Shown here: piece by piece, positions 49,440 through 61,050 of the stretch | How the letters are laid out: each line of letters opens with the position of its first letter | Position numbering within the stretch: position 1 is the first letter of the stretch | Assembly: GCF_006345805.1 (NCBI RefSeq) | Contig: NC_043008.1 | Location: 51,956,001-52,020,000, forward strand | DNA: 64,000 bases | Reading direction: 5' to 3' | From: Octopus sinensis | Lineage: Eukaryota | The notes under the pieces: generated by a model | Seen by the model: only the letters and a program-made list of their open reading frames with translations | Told to the model about the DNA's origin: nothing | The model's database searches: none | Position numbers and translations under genes: made by a program

Positions 49440-49815
49440 ACGCAGGCATAGCTTGTTGTTAAGAAGCTCAGTTTGTAATCATGTGGTTTCTGGTCCTGTC
49501 CCACTGCATGGCACCATGGCAAGTATCTTTTACTATTACTTCATGCCTGCCAATGTGTAGTGAGTGAATTTGGTTAATGGAAACTGTGTGGAAGCCTGTC
49601 ATGTGTGCATCTGTATGTGTGTACTATGCGTATTGTATGTATATGTGTATGTCTGTGCTCATTGCTTGACAATCAGTGTTAGTTTGTTTCTTGGTATCTG
49701 AAATAGTTCAGCAAAAGTCACTGTTAAAATAAGTACCAGACTTAAAAAGATGTGTACTGGGATCAAGGTGGTACTCCAGCATGGTCGCAGTCCAATGACT
49801 GAAACACATAAAATA
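49440..49815 (+). mobile_element. Old CORE-like SINE
   Basis: CGCAGGCATAGCTTG...GGTGGTACTCCAGCATGGTCGCAGTCCAATGACTGAAAC. Confidence 0.8.
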
Positions 49816-49935
49816 TATATATAAAAGAAAGAGACTCTTACATTTTTTTTTTACATTCCTACAAAAGCACTCTATGGGTATTTATGTAATCACATGAATT
49901 TTTATTTTACAAAATGCTGTTTTAGCTGGCTCCAA

Positions 49936-50182
49936 TATACTATTGATCATACAGTGCTCTACATATACTATAGGTTTTTCTTCACTGTATCTTTTGTGCC
50001 ATACTACTGATCGTATACTACTCTATATATTTTATTGATTTTCTATCAATATGTGTGGTTATACTAGTGATCATATATTGTCTCAGTATTCTACATATAC
50101 TATTGGTTTGCCATCAATATAACAGTGCTTACATTATTGATCATATAGTGCTTTGCATATACTATTAGTTTTCTGTTACAGT
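49936..50182. repeat. Degenerate tandem repeat, about 60-bp unit, about 4 copies
   Basis: Recurring ATACTATTGATCATA.AGTGCTCTACATATACTAT.GGTTTT. Confidence 0.75.
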
Positions 50183-50474
50183 ATATATATATATATATAT
50201 ATTTATATGTATAAATGCCATTGGTGACACTATCTTTTATTCTATCAGATCTAAGTGCATTACTGATAAATATTTTACTCCTACTACTGCTGCCACTGCC
50301 ATGACCACCATATTTTTGTTAATAAAACCTCTGTCTTTGAATATTTGTCAGTTTATTTTGCCCATATCTGTAAATTAATTTGAATAATTTTTATTGATTA
50401 TAAAGATGAAATAAATTTAATTCGTAATTAAAAATGCAATGGGCTTTTAAAAAAGTAAGTTATTGAAACAACTT

Positions 50475-50888
50475 TTCACAAATAAGCATGGCTGTGAGGT
50501 TAAGAAATTTGTTTCCCAACTATGTGGATCTGGGTTCAATCCCACTGCATGAAACCTGCCCAAGGTGCCTTGTGAGGAGATTTTGTAGATGGAAACTGAA
50601 AGAAACCTATTGTGTGTGTGTGTGTGTGTACATATATAATTGTGTTGGAGTCTTTGCCTTGACATTATTTGAAGGTTGTAAAAATGAGCATCATCATTAT
50701 AAAGCAATGGTCTTTATTTCCAATTTTTGGTAGAAAATGTTTGACCATGGGGAAATATTACCTTGTATGGAAACAGGTGAGGGTTGCTAACAAGAAATGT
50801 ATCCAGCTGTATATAATTTGCCTCAATGACTTCTGTCTTATTCAAGAAAATTATAGAAAAGTCGATGTTAAAATGATTATGAGAATGA
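50475..50888 (+). mobile_element. Old CORE-like SINE with RTE-type tail
   Basis: CATGGCTGTGAGGTTAAGAAATTTG...CATGGGGAAATATTACCTTG...GATGTTAAAATGATTATGA. Confidence 0.8.
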
Positions 50889-51191
50889 TATTTAAAATAT
50901 GCTTATTTCATTTGTACATTTTAATAGCTCATAAAACAAGTTTCTGAATTACAGGTAGTGTTTACTATCAGCCTACATCATATTTCATCAGTGTTGTAAC
51001 GTCCAACTTATGTATGTTGGCTTATGGGTGAATGGGTCTGCTATATACACTGTTTATATTTATTTTCATCTTTAGTTAGCTCAACTGAGAGTCCAAGCAT
51101 CTTGAGATCTGGCCTCGCTGCCCTTTACATCTTTCTTGGTCTTTCTGTACTATAGGCACCCTCCACTGACAGGACACAGCATGCTTTCTCG

Positions 51192-51420
51192 CGGTGAGCT
51201 GGCAGAAACGTTAGCACGCCGGGTGAAATGCGTAGCTGTATTTCGTCTGTCGTTACGTTGTGAGTTCAAATTCCGCCGAGGTCGACTTTGCCCTTCATCC
51301 TTTTGAGGTCGATAAATTAAGTACCAGTTACACACTAGGGTCGATGTAATCGACTTAATCCGTTTGTCTGTCCTTGTTTGTCCCCTCTATGTTTAGCCCC
51401 TTGTGGGCAATAAAGAAATA
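51192..51420 (+). mobile_element. Young monomeric Meta-like SINE
   Basis: GCGGTGAGCTGGCAGAAACGTTAGCACGCCGGG...CCCCTTGTGGGCAATAAAGAAATA; CpG-rich. Confidence 0.93.
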
Positions 51421-52083
51421 TTTCTTTTCAGTATAGAATATCTGAATTGAATTATAGAATTACTAAAAACACTTTTGCAAGTTTTTAATGTCCCTCACTT
51501 GTTTTCAAGCAAAGTAATATATTTCCCCATGACCAGACATGTTTTCACAGATGATTGGAAATGAAGGAAGGTGACACTTGTTTACAATTATCAAGTGATG
51601 TCAAAGTAAAGAGATAACACATGCACACACACACATCTGTACACAGTGGTTTTCTTTCAGTTTCCATCTACCAAATACACTCACAAGGTTTTGGTTTGCT
51701 TGAAGCTATAGACGATACTTGCCCAAAGTGCCATGCAGGGAGACTGAACCCAGAACCTTGCAGTTGGGAAGAAAATTTATCACACATCTGTGCCTGAACC
51801 TAACCATGTCGACTAAAATCAGTTTTGGAAAAGTGAACATAAAAATAAAATAAAATAAACTCTAGTTTATTCTTTAACCATTAAAAAAAAAAAAAAATTC
51901 CAGTGTGTTTGATTAAGTTCAGATCTAGTTTGTTTTGATCCAAACCTAGTTTTGATGCCAGTGGAGTTTATAAACTACTCTGAAACAACTGTTCAATAAA
52001 GAGGGATTTTTTATTGATTCAGCTGTAAATATTTCTGAGTAAGAATGGAAATATCAATAAAACCATGTAATGTTCAATTGATT

Positions 52084-52116
<33 letters not shown>

Positions 52117-52369
52117 AGGAAGCAGTATAATGGTGTGGAACTCTCAACAAGTCAAATCTGCTACACTGAATCACTTCTTAGTTGAATTTTCTTTTTGATT
52201 TATTTATTGTATCAGCAACTTCTTGCCACGAAAATTGACTAAACTTGTCTTCCCCTCCATACTACTCAAAGGCCTGATATACGGTAGTTACCCCAGTACC
52301 AAAGAGTTATTGATTAAATATTCCACACACACACATGAATTTAGGATGGGGTTCTTCATATCTTTATAT

Positions 52370-52729
52370 TTTTTATCTTGTTTTAGTCCCTGCACTGCCA
52401 CCATGCTGGGGCACTGCCTTGAAAGGTTGTAGATGCAAAAATTGTACTTATTCTATCAGTCTTATTTGCTGAACTGTTAAGTTATGAGCACACAAAGAAG
52501 CCAACACTAGTTAAGTGGTGAGGAAACAAAAACACATACATACAAGCACACACACACACACACACATGATGTGACCCTCTTTCACAGTTTCTATCTATCA
52601 AATTCATTCACAAGGCATTGGTCACCCCAGGGCTATAGTTGAAGGATGTCCTATTTGCCATGTAGTGGGACTGAACTTGAAACCACATAGTTACAAAGTG
52701 AGCTTCTCAACCACACAGCCATGCCTGCA
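52370..52729 (-). mobile_element. Old CORE-like SINE
   Basis: CCATGCTGGGGCACTGCCTTGAA...CAACCACACAGCCATGCCTGCA. Confidence 0.8.
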
Positions 52730-53027
52730 TTTATATATAGTTTTCTTTTTTTTTATCTAGAAGAGGCTGCATCCATGGCTTTGGCCAGCCATTCTAGTTT
52801 GATTTATATTAGATTATGTGGAATATATATGTCTTATAGTATAAAGAAAACATATCTTGCATTGTTAACTTTTACCTGAGAATATTTCTGTGTACAGGAA
52901 TTTAGTCTTGATTTCCACATGCTTCAACCCCTACAACTCATTTCATCACAACAACCTTTTTACTGATTCTGTTGAAATTTGGGGCTGCTTTTGAATGCAC
53001 TGTATGATTAGAGGTTGTTTTATATAT

Positions 53028-53254
53028 ACTCTTACTCTTTACTTTTTTACTTGTTTCAGTCATTTGACTGCAGCCATGCTGGAGTGCCTCATTTAGTTGA
53101 TCAAATCGACCCTGGGACTTATTCTTTGTAAGCCCAGTACTTATTTTATCGGTCTCTTTTGCCGAACCGCTAAGTGACTGGGACATAAACACACCAGCAT
53201 CGGTTGTCATGCAATGCTAGGGGGACAAACACAGACACACACACATACACGCAC

Positions 53255-53323
<69 letters not shown>

Positions 53324-53488
53324 TACGACAGGCTTCTTTCAGTTTCCATCTACCAAATCCACTCACAAGGCTTTGGTCAGCCCGAGGCTATAGTAGAAGA
53401 CACTTGCCCAAGGTGCCACGCAGTGGGACTGAACCTGGAACCATGTGGTTAGTAAGCAAGCTACTTACCACACAGCCACTCCTGCGCC
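53028..53488 (-). mobile_element. Young full-length CORE-like SINE
   Basis: Reverse complement of 39224-39615 with (TA)n centre. Confidence 0.93.
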
Positions 53489-53551
53489 TATATATATATA
53501 TATAAAATTTTCTTCCATCAGTATAAATGTTATTCAAGTAGGTTCTTTTAT

Positions 53552-53770
53552 TTAACCCTTTAGCATTCAAACTGGTTACATCCAGCCCAAATATTCTACC
53601 TGTTTATTGCTAAAACTGGCCAGATCTGACCTCTCACGTCTATCCTACAAATGTCATTCTCAAAATCATATCACCAAAATCTCAAAGCTACAAGATAATG
53701 CATGATTAATTCAAAATGACTTGAACAAAATATGCATTACGTTTGACAGAGTAATCCAAGTGCTAAAGAG
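53552..53770. mobile_element. TTAA MITE family 1
   Basis: TTAACCCTTTAGCATTCAAAC ... TGCTAAAGAG. Confidence 0.8.
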
Positions 53771-54659
53771 CAAAATCTCTTTTCTCTGGTAATGTAATGA
53801 AAAGTGTTAAGTCCTCTAATGATAAAGAATAGCTCCATGGAAATTTAGTGTTGAATGATTTTTAAAAGTGTCACTGTTTACATAAGGTTGTTTGGGCTGG
53901 CATGTTGAAACCATCTATTCATTTACAAAGTAAAAATTATTGTATTCAGCCATACAAACTAAGAGTTTAACAGAACTACTTGGAGCTTACATTATATTAT
54001 TAAAACTAAAATAAAATCAATAGGAGTTCACTTTTGTTGTAGCCTTAATATCGATTTCTAACTTCAACTGTGGATAGGATAAGGTGACATTCATGCATTT
54101 TTGAATGGTATTAGCTGCGTGATGGAATTGGAAACCAGTTTTCAGACTTATTGGCAAATGGTTTACCTAATTCTCCACAACTCTCCTCCTCACTTTCCCA
54201 TCTAGTTTTCTTATTAGACTGCAACTATTTAAAATTGATAGATTGACTGGTTAGTAAAAACATCGCAAAGTGATTTCAGCACTGGTAATTACCATCAGTT
54301 AATTATATTTGAAATGCTGGCAATTTTATAGTTAATACAGCTGCATTTTTAGTCGATTTCTAAATACACCTTTTTCTTTTTAAATTTTTTTTTTCTTCTA
54401 CATCTCTAGGTTCTCTCACTTCACCTTGACCGGTGGCTATCTAAACGATTAACCAACTTCTTAATTAAAAAACTATCGGGCAAAATTGTGAAAGCTCTAA
54501 TGAATTGAAATTAATAAGCCGATTAGTTATGCTTTCAAATTCATGCAACAAATGCAAAGCAGATTATGTAGTTGACCTCTTCAATGGAAACATTTATAAA
54601 AATAGACTATCACCTTGGTGATTTATGTGGGAGTAAAAGTTTTACTATCTTTATTTTAT

Positions 54660-55112
54660 TGCAGGCATAGCTTAGATGGGAAGTAAACTTCTTAACCACA
54701 GTGTTGCCTTAAGTTCAATCTCAATGTGTGGAACTTAGGGCAAGTGTCTTCTGCTAAAGCCTCAAGCTGACCAAAGCATTCTGAATGGTTTTGGTTTGAC
54801 AGAAACTGAAAGAAGTCCATTGTGCGCACGTGTGTGTGTGTGTGTGTGTGGTGTGTGTGTGTGTGCATGCTTGTATCCTTGTCTTGACGTCATGTGATCT
54901 TTGTAAGAGAACATCATCATCATATAAGTGATGTTGCTTGTTTCCAGTCTTCTTTGCAAAACATGTCTAGCTATGGGAAGATAATTACCTTTCTTGGAAA
55001 TAGGTGCGGGTCAACACCAAGAAAGATAGCCAGCCATAGAAAATCTGCCTCAACAAATTCCCTCTGACTGGTGGAAGCATGGAAAAGTGGATGTTAAATG
55101 ACAACACTGATG
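54660..55112 (+). mobile_element. Old CORE-like SINE with RTE-type tail
   Basis: GCAGGCATAGC...GGGCAAGTGTCTTCTGCTA...AGCATGGAAAAGTGGATGTTAAATGA. Confidence 0.8.
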
Positions 55113-56256
55113 ATATTGCTTCACTTAAATCATCATGTACTATATAATTTATGAAATTATTTATGCTTCTCCTTCTCAACTTGGCAGTTTTCACATGTTC
55201 ACACATACACATGTCTACGTATCAACATTTGCTATTTCATTTCAAATCTTTGTCACAGTACTTCATTAGTTCCACAGCTTATTTTGCTTGTCTTACATTT
55301 CCATTTATTTATTTCATTTCTCATCAGCTTTATACTGCCACAGTTTACCTTGTGTAATTATTTACTCGTTTCTTAACTATCCAATTCTCATTTCACTATT
55401 GACATTGGTTGTTTGATTTTAGGACAGCCAGGTCATAACTTACTTTGGACATTTCATCTACTGTTGCTCATTAAATCATAATTGCTTACTTTTCACTGTC
55501 TGTAACACCTGTTGACAAAACAGATTTGTTATGTGGAAGAATTCTGTTGTCAAACCACCTAATTTGGAAAATTAAAATTAATTTAGCACTCCCTTTCAAG
55601 TTGGTGTTGAAATATTCACAACCGAAATAGCTTAGGCTTGTTACAAACCCTATGACTTGTAAGGCCAAAGCTTAACCTGGTTTCCATATTGTATGAATGA
55701 CTCTGATTAAAACACCTCTTCCTGAATGGGTTGCTAGTCCATTTTATGGTTAACTTCCCCAGTTATTGCTGGAACTCATTTTTGGTTTAGTGAACTAAGC
55801 AATGTGAATGAAGTGTTTTGCTCAAGAACTCAACTCACTGCCTGGTTCAAGAATTGAAACCATGATCTTACAATAATGAGTATAACATTCTAACCACTAA
55901 GCCATACGCCTTCACTGATAGAAATAATCTTTTTAAATATTGTTAATGTTATTTAACTACTAGCTGGTCATACTTTTTAAAGTTGTATTGAAAGTGGTGA
56001 GTGGGCTGAAGTGTTATGTTAGCACACTAGACACAATACTTAGTGGTATTTTGTCTGACTTTATCTCCTGAGTTTGAATTCTGCTGAGGTTGACTTTGCT
56101 TTTCATCCTTTTGGGGTTGATAAGTAAGATTGAACAATGGGGTTGACGAAATTCACTAGCCCCTCCCTGTAAAAAAATTCTGGCCTTCTACCTATAGTAG
56201 AAAGGATTATTTAACTCCCTAAATTCCTGAGCTGAAGACTCTTTACTGGATGCAGT

Positions 56257-56475
56257 TTAACCCTTTAGATACCCACCTGCCCAAAATTGCCTCTGATTCT
56301 ATGATACAAATATCTTGTTTCAATATGATCAAAATTAAAAGCCCATCAAAATTTCATGGTATGTTCCAAACCCCAGCTTAATAAGGGGTCATTTTACTAA
56401 ATTCTTCATAATTTCTTAAACTGGAAAAAAAAAGGTACTGTATTTCATTAAGAACACAATGACAAAAAGATTATA
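56257..56475. mobile_element. TTAA MITE family 2 (degenerate)
   Basis: TTAACCCTTTAGATACC...CCATCAAAATTTCATG...TTTTACTAAATTCTTC; reverse-orientation relative of 19366-19585. Confidence 0.7.
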
Positions 56476-56863
56476 ATGCCTGGTCTTGTTAGGGGCCCTA
56501 GTTTTAGGCTAAATAGAGGTGTCGTGTGAATATGCCCAGATGTAATGTGAACTGACCTTGTGCCTCATGAGTTAGCTCAGCGGAGGAGACTAACCAAGTA
56601 AACTGTCAATTAAGTGACAAAAGGCTATGAGTATATTTCCCAAAAAACTATGACTCTTTGGAATGGAAATTCATGATGGCTGGTACCTGAAAGTTTGAGA
56701 GAGAGAGATATAGAGATTATTTATTCAGTTACAGGCATTTTAAAATGAATAGTTTATATTCTCAGAAGGTCTATAAATTTTTTCACTATGTTTTGATTAT
56801 AACTGCATAATGCCTGTCAGCATTACTGTGACTTTCTTAAACTATTGTTTATGTTTTATATAT

Positions 56864-57090
56864 AAAAAGCACCATCTGATCGTGGCCGTTTGCCAGCCTT
56901 GTCTGGCACCTGTGCCGGTGGCACGTAAAAAGCACCCACGGAGTGGTTGGCATTAGGAAGGGCATCCAGCCGTAGACACATTGCCAGATCAGACTGGGCC
57001 TGGTGCAGCCTCCTGGCTAACCAGACCCCAGTTGAACCATCCAACCCATGCTAGCATGGAAAGTGGACGCTAAACAATAATGATGATGAT
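56864..57090 (+). mobile_element. RTE-tail element
   Basis: GGTGGCACGTAAAAAGCACCC...GCATGGAAAGTGGACGCTAAACAATAATGATGATG. Confidence 0.9.
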
Positions 57091-58785
57091 ATAGTATTCC
57101 TCCTGCAAAGGATGAAATAGTACTATACATAATTACAACTAACTAGAAATTGCAAGAACTTCACCATAGATTAAAAAAAAAAAATTTTTTTAATATAATT
57201 ATATGTGTGAACTTGTATTGTTTTCATATTCCTTGATTTCAAATTCCTAATCACACCTCATGCTGTGAGGAGACAATTATCTCCACTTGTATTTATGGCC
57301 ATTCAGAGGGTACCATACAATTCAATATATAGCTTAGCAGTCATTTTATTTGTGATTAGCAAGTCTTTATTAACAATTGACTGATGCTTCAAACATTAAG
57401 CCTTATGACAAGATTAAGTTGATGTAACATCTGGAATCCAAGGAAACAGGCAGTGGTGGTAGTGATGGTCTGCCTGGACAGAAGTTTGTAAATAAAAGAA
57501 AAGGACAATAACTATTAAATGGAGTTAATTCATTACAGATAGTGGAAAATCCACTGTTTCAGGCATTTGCCTATCTTTAGAGGGTGAAAAATATTTGGAG
57601 GCCAATATTTGTGTTGTTAAGAAACAAATGAGAAATGAAAAAAAATGAGAGAGAAGGAACTAAATGGAGGAACGTCTGTAGGTTTGTGATAAGAAGTAGT
57701 GTGAGTAGTGCCTTGTAGAGCGGGGGGGGGGGGGGGGGTTGTGAAAATAACCAGACCAGGGCAGGTAGAGTAAATGAAACTAGAGGGACTAAAGGTAGGT
57801 AGAGATGGGGCGGGGAGGCTTCAGGTAAAGGAAACAACTGCAGGACTTAATGTGGATACAAGGTGGTTGTTAAATGGAGGAGGTTACCAAAACTGTTGGA
57901 AGTCAGTTTGAAATCATTCTTAGAAAAAAAATATATTCTTATTTTTCTGTTTACCTTTAAGCTGTTGAAATGACAACCAGTTTATAAAAACAATTCCTCT
58001 AGCATTTATGTGAATGTGTTAGCACCAGAAAATAGATATAAAATAGCTAAAGAGTTTATAAATGCCAAAGTTTACATACTCTCTCTTGTAAACACTACAC
58101 CTAATGGATTACCAAATATCTCATCGTTTTGGTTTCAGCCAACAGCTCTTAAAACTAAGATATTATTTATTCCTACCAACCTCAAGAAAGCTGCTTATTT
58201 CCCAAAGAATTTCTCTCTCTCCCTCCTCTCCCTCTCTCTTCTCTCCCTCCCTCTCCCCTCTCTCTCTATATATAATTATCACTATTTAATGTCCGTTTTC
58301 TATGCTGACATTGGTTGGATGGTTTAACAGGAACTGGCAAACCAGAGGATTGCACTGAGCTTCAGCATCTTCTTTAGCATAGTTTCTATAGCTCAATGCA
58401 CTTCCTAATGCTAACTGCTTTTACAGAGTGTGCTAGGTGCTTTTTTGTGGCACAAGCACTAGTGAAGTTACCAAGCAACTTATTAGGCAAGACTGCTTCA
58501 ACTGAATGTTGGAGTAATATTGAGGGAGGTGAAAGTATGATAGATGGACAAGGACAGATGACTTAATGAAGACACCTGTTCTGTGTTCAAATCCCATCAT
58601 AGTCTACTTTACCTTTCATCCTTTCAGGTCAATATTATTATTGTTATCATTACTGTCGTTTCTTGTGTTGGCTCACCCTTTCATTTTTTTCTAGGTTCCA
58701 TTTAATTAACAACACCCTCTCATTAAATATGTGGCCTTGTATCTATGTTAGAACTCATCACTTTTATTTTAGTTTCTGTAGGTTT

Positions 58786-58909
58786 ATGATTGGCAGGATG
58801 GGCTGTTTCAATGGTTGGATAATACTATTCCTTTTGCTGCTAACCAATCAACCATTATGTGAGAGTAGAGGTAGCCTGTCAGATCCCTTGCTTAAAAGTA
58901 CTTCAACAG
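58786..58909 (+). CDS. Candidate first coding exon of a secreted or membrane protein (signal peptide); exon 58782-58909
   Basis: Acceptor TTTTATTTTAGTTTCTGTAG|G, ATG at 58786, MIGRMGCFNGWIILFLLLLTNQPLCESRGSLSDPLLKSTST, phase-1 donor CAG|GTAAAT; no homology recognised and the donor overlaps a SINE head. Confidence 0.38.
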
Positions 58910-59139
58910 GTAAATGGCGGAAATGGTTAAAACATAGGAGAAAATGCTTTGCTATATTTATTCAATTTCTCTGTGCACAGTTCGAATTTCGCTGAGGTCA
59001 ACTTTGCATTCTATATTTTAGGGTTAATAAAATATGGTGTCAGTGCAGTTCAGCAGATTAGCCGAATTAGAATTGTTAGTGACACCTTGTGGTATTTGTT
59101 CTAGTAATTTGTGTTTTGAGTTTTTGGATGGTAGCTTAG

Positions 59140-59937
59140 ATGATAAAGCAGCACCCTGTCTGAAACTGTCTCTGGTTCTTCAGTATTAATTATTTTGAAA
59201 TGTCTTAAATTAACCCTTTAGCATTTAAACCAGCCATATCCTACCAAAATATTCTACCTGTTTTATGTTCAAACTGGACAGATCTGATCTCGCCCCTACC
59301 TGACAATATCATTCCAAAGATAATCACATCATCACAATCTCAAAGCTCTGTGATAATGCATAATTTATTAAAAATTTGTGAATAAATAAATGACAATAAT
59401 ATAACTGCTAAAGGGTTAAAATTTTACCATCACAATTTCATGTTAATTTCAAACACTGGTTTAATAAGGACAAAATTATTCTACTATAATCTTCATTATC
59501 CTCAGGTGTAGGCATAGTTGTATTATATGATGTTTGCTTTCCAACCATATGATTCTGGGTTCAGTCCCATTGTGTAGCACCTTGGGCAAGTTTCTCCTAT
59601 AGCTCTGGGCCAATCAAAGCCTTGTGAATGGATTTGCAAGACAAAAACTTAATGAAGCCTGTTGGTTTGTGTGTGTGTGTGTGTGTCCAGTGGCTGCTTG
59701 ACAATTGGTGTTGGTTTGTTTATGGCTCCATAACTTAGCAGTTGGTTAAAGAAGGGAATAATGAAATAAGTACCAGGCTAATATAAAATAAGCACTGGGG
59801 TGGATTTGCCTGATGAAAACTCAAGGTGGTGCTCCAGCATGGCTGCATTCAGTAGCTGAAGCACATGGAAAGACAAAAGATGAAAGTGAATTGAAAGGTA
59901 GTAAAATTTGGTGAAAATATGGTAACAAAAGGGTTAA
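59140..59937. mobile_element. Nested cluster: MITE family 2 interrupted by MITE family 1 (59214-59415) and a CORE-like SINE (about 59505-59880)
   Basis: Inner TTAA|CCCTTTAGC...GCTAAAGGG|TTAA; outer pieces match 62736-62958 and end GTAACAAAAGGGTTAA. Confidence 0.75.
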
Positions 59938-60654
59938 TGTGTCATCTGGTTTTGCACTACATCCACCTGTCAAAGAGGCCCTAGAAGAGAAAAGAATCAG
60001 AAATGCTGTACTTTCTTACTAAATAGTAGTAGTAGTAGTAGTAGTAGTTAAAAAAAAAAACAAAGTCATTGTGACAAATGTAAAATTTGAACTTGTGACC
60101 ATTTGATCAATAGTTCTCCACTTTAACCTCACAACTAAATTGTTGCTTTATTCTGTTGACTCTAAAAGCTTTGATTTAAATAGAAATCCGACATTACTGG
60201 CATATCGTGACTTTTGCCTTGAACATATTAAGTTCTTTTTTTATTATTCCTTTCACTTTATCCATTTTTATTAGCATTAACATCAACATTCTTATCAAAA
60301 ATATATTTCCTCGGCACGGGAAATATTTCAATTCTTAGTTTAATTTTAAAGCTATCTGAATTTTTGTGTCTTGTTTCTTCAATCATAGAATCTTGTAACC
60401 AACCATTATCCTGAAAGCTTAATTTTGACCAAAATGTATCAGTTTTGTATTTTTAGAGTGTTGTAGCATTTTAAACAATAGAAATGTCAGATGAAATTCT
60501 TCACTATATTTACTTTCATATCTTAAAGAGTTTTAAAATAGATGTAACCTAGGTTAGCATTGCCTTCAACTCTTCAGGTTTGCTAAAATAGATACAAGTG
60601 ATAACTTGTGCTTTTGTAACATCATCTCTTTGTCTATCTCTCACTCAGGTTATT

Positions 60655-61050
60655 TGTCATCATCATTTTAATGTCCACTTTTTATGCTTGCAAGGGCTGG
60701 GCAAAGTTTATTGGGGCAAATTTTCTATGGCTGGATGCCCTTCCTATTACCAACACTTACCTGTTTCTCAAGCAAGATAATTTTGCCTCATGGCCAGATG
60801 TGTTCTCTCTGAATATTGGAAATAAATGACACTGCTTGTATGACAGTGATACTCATTTACGACTGATGCAAAATCAAGACAAGATCTCTCTCTCTCACTC
60901 ACACACACACACACACACACACTAGTCTTTCAATTTCCATATACCAAATCCACTTACAATACTTTGGTTGACCTGGGACTATAGCAGAAGATACTTGTCC
61001 AAGGTGCCACACAGTGATAAAATTATGCAATTGGGGAGCAAAGTTTTTAA
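60655..61050 (-). mobile_element. Old CORE-like SINE with RTE-type tail
   Basis: CATCATCATTTTAATGTCCAC...GATACTTGTCCAAGGTGCCACACAGTG. Confidence 0.78.
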
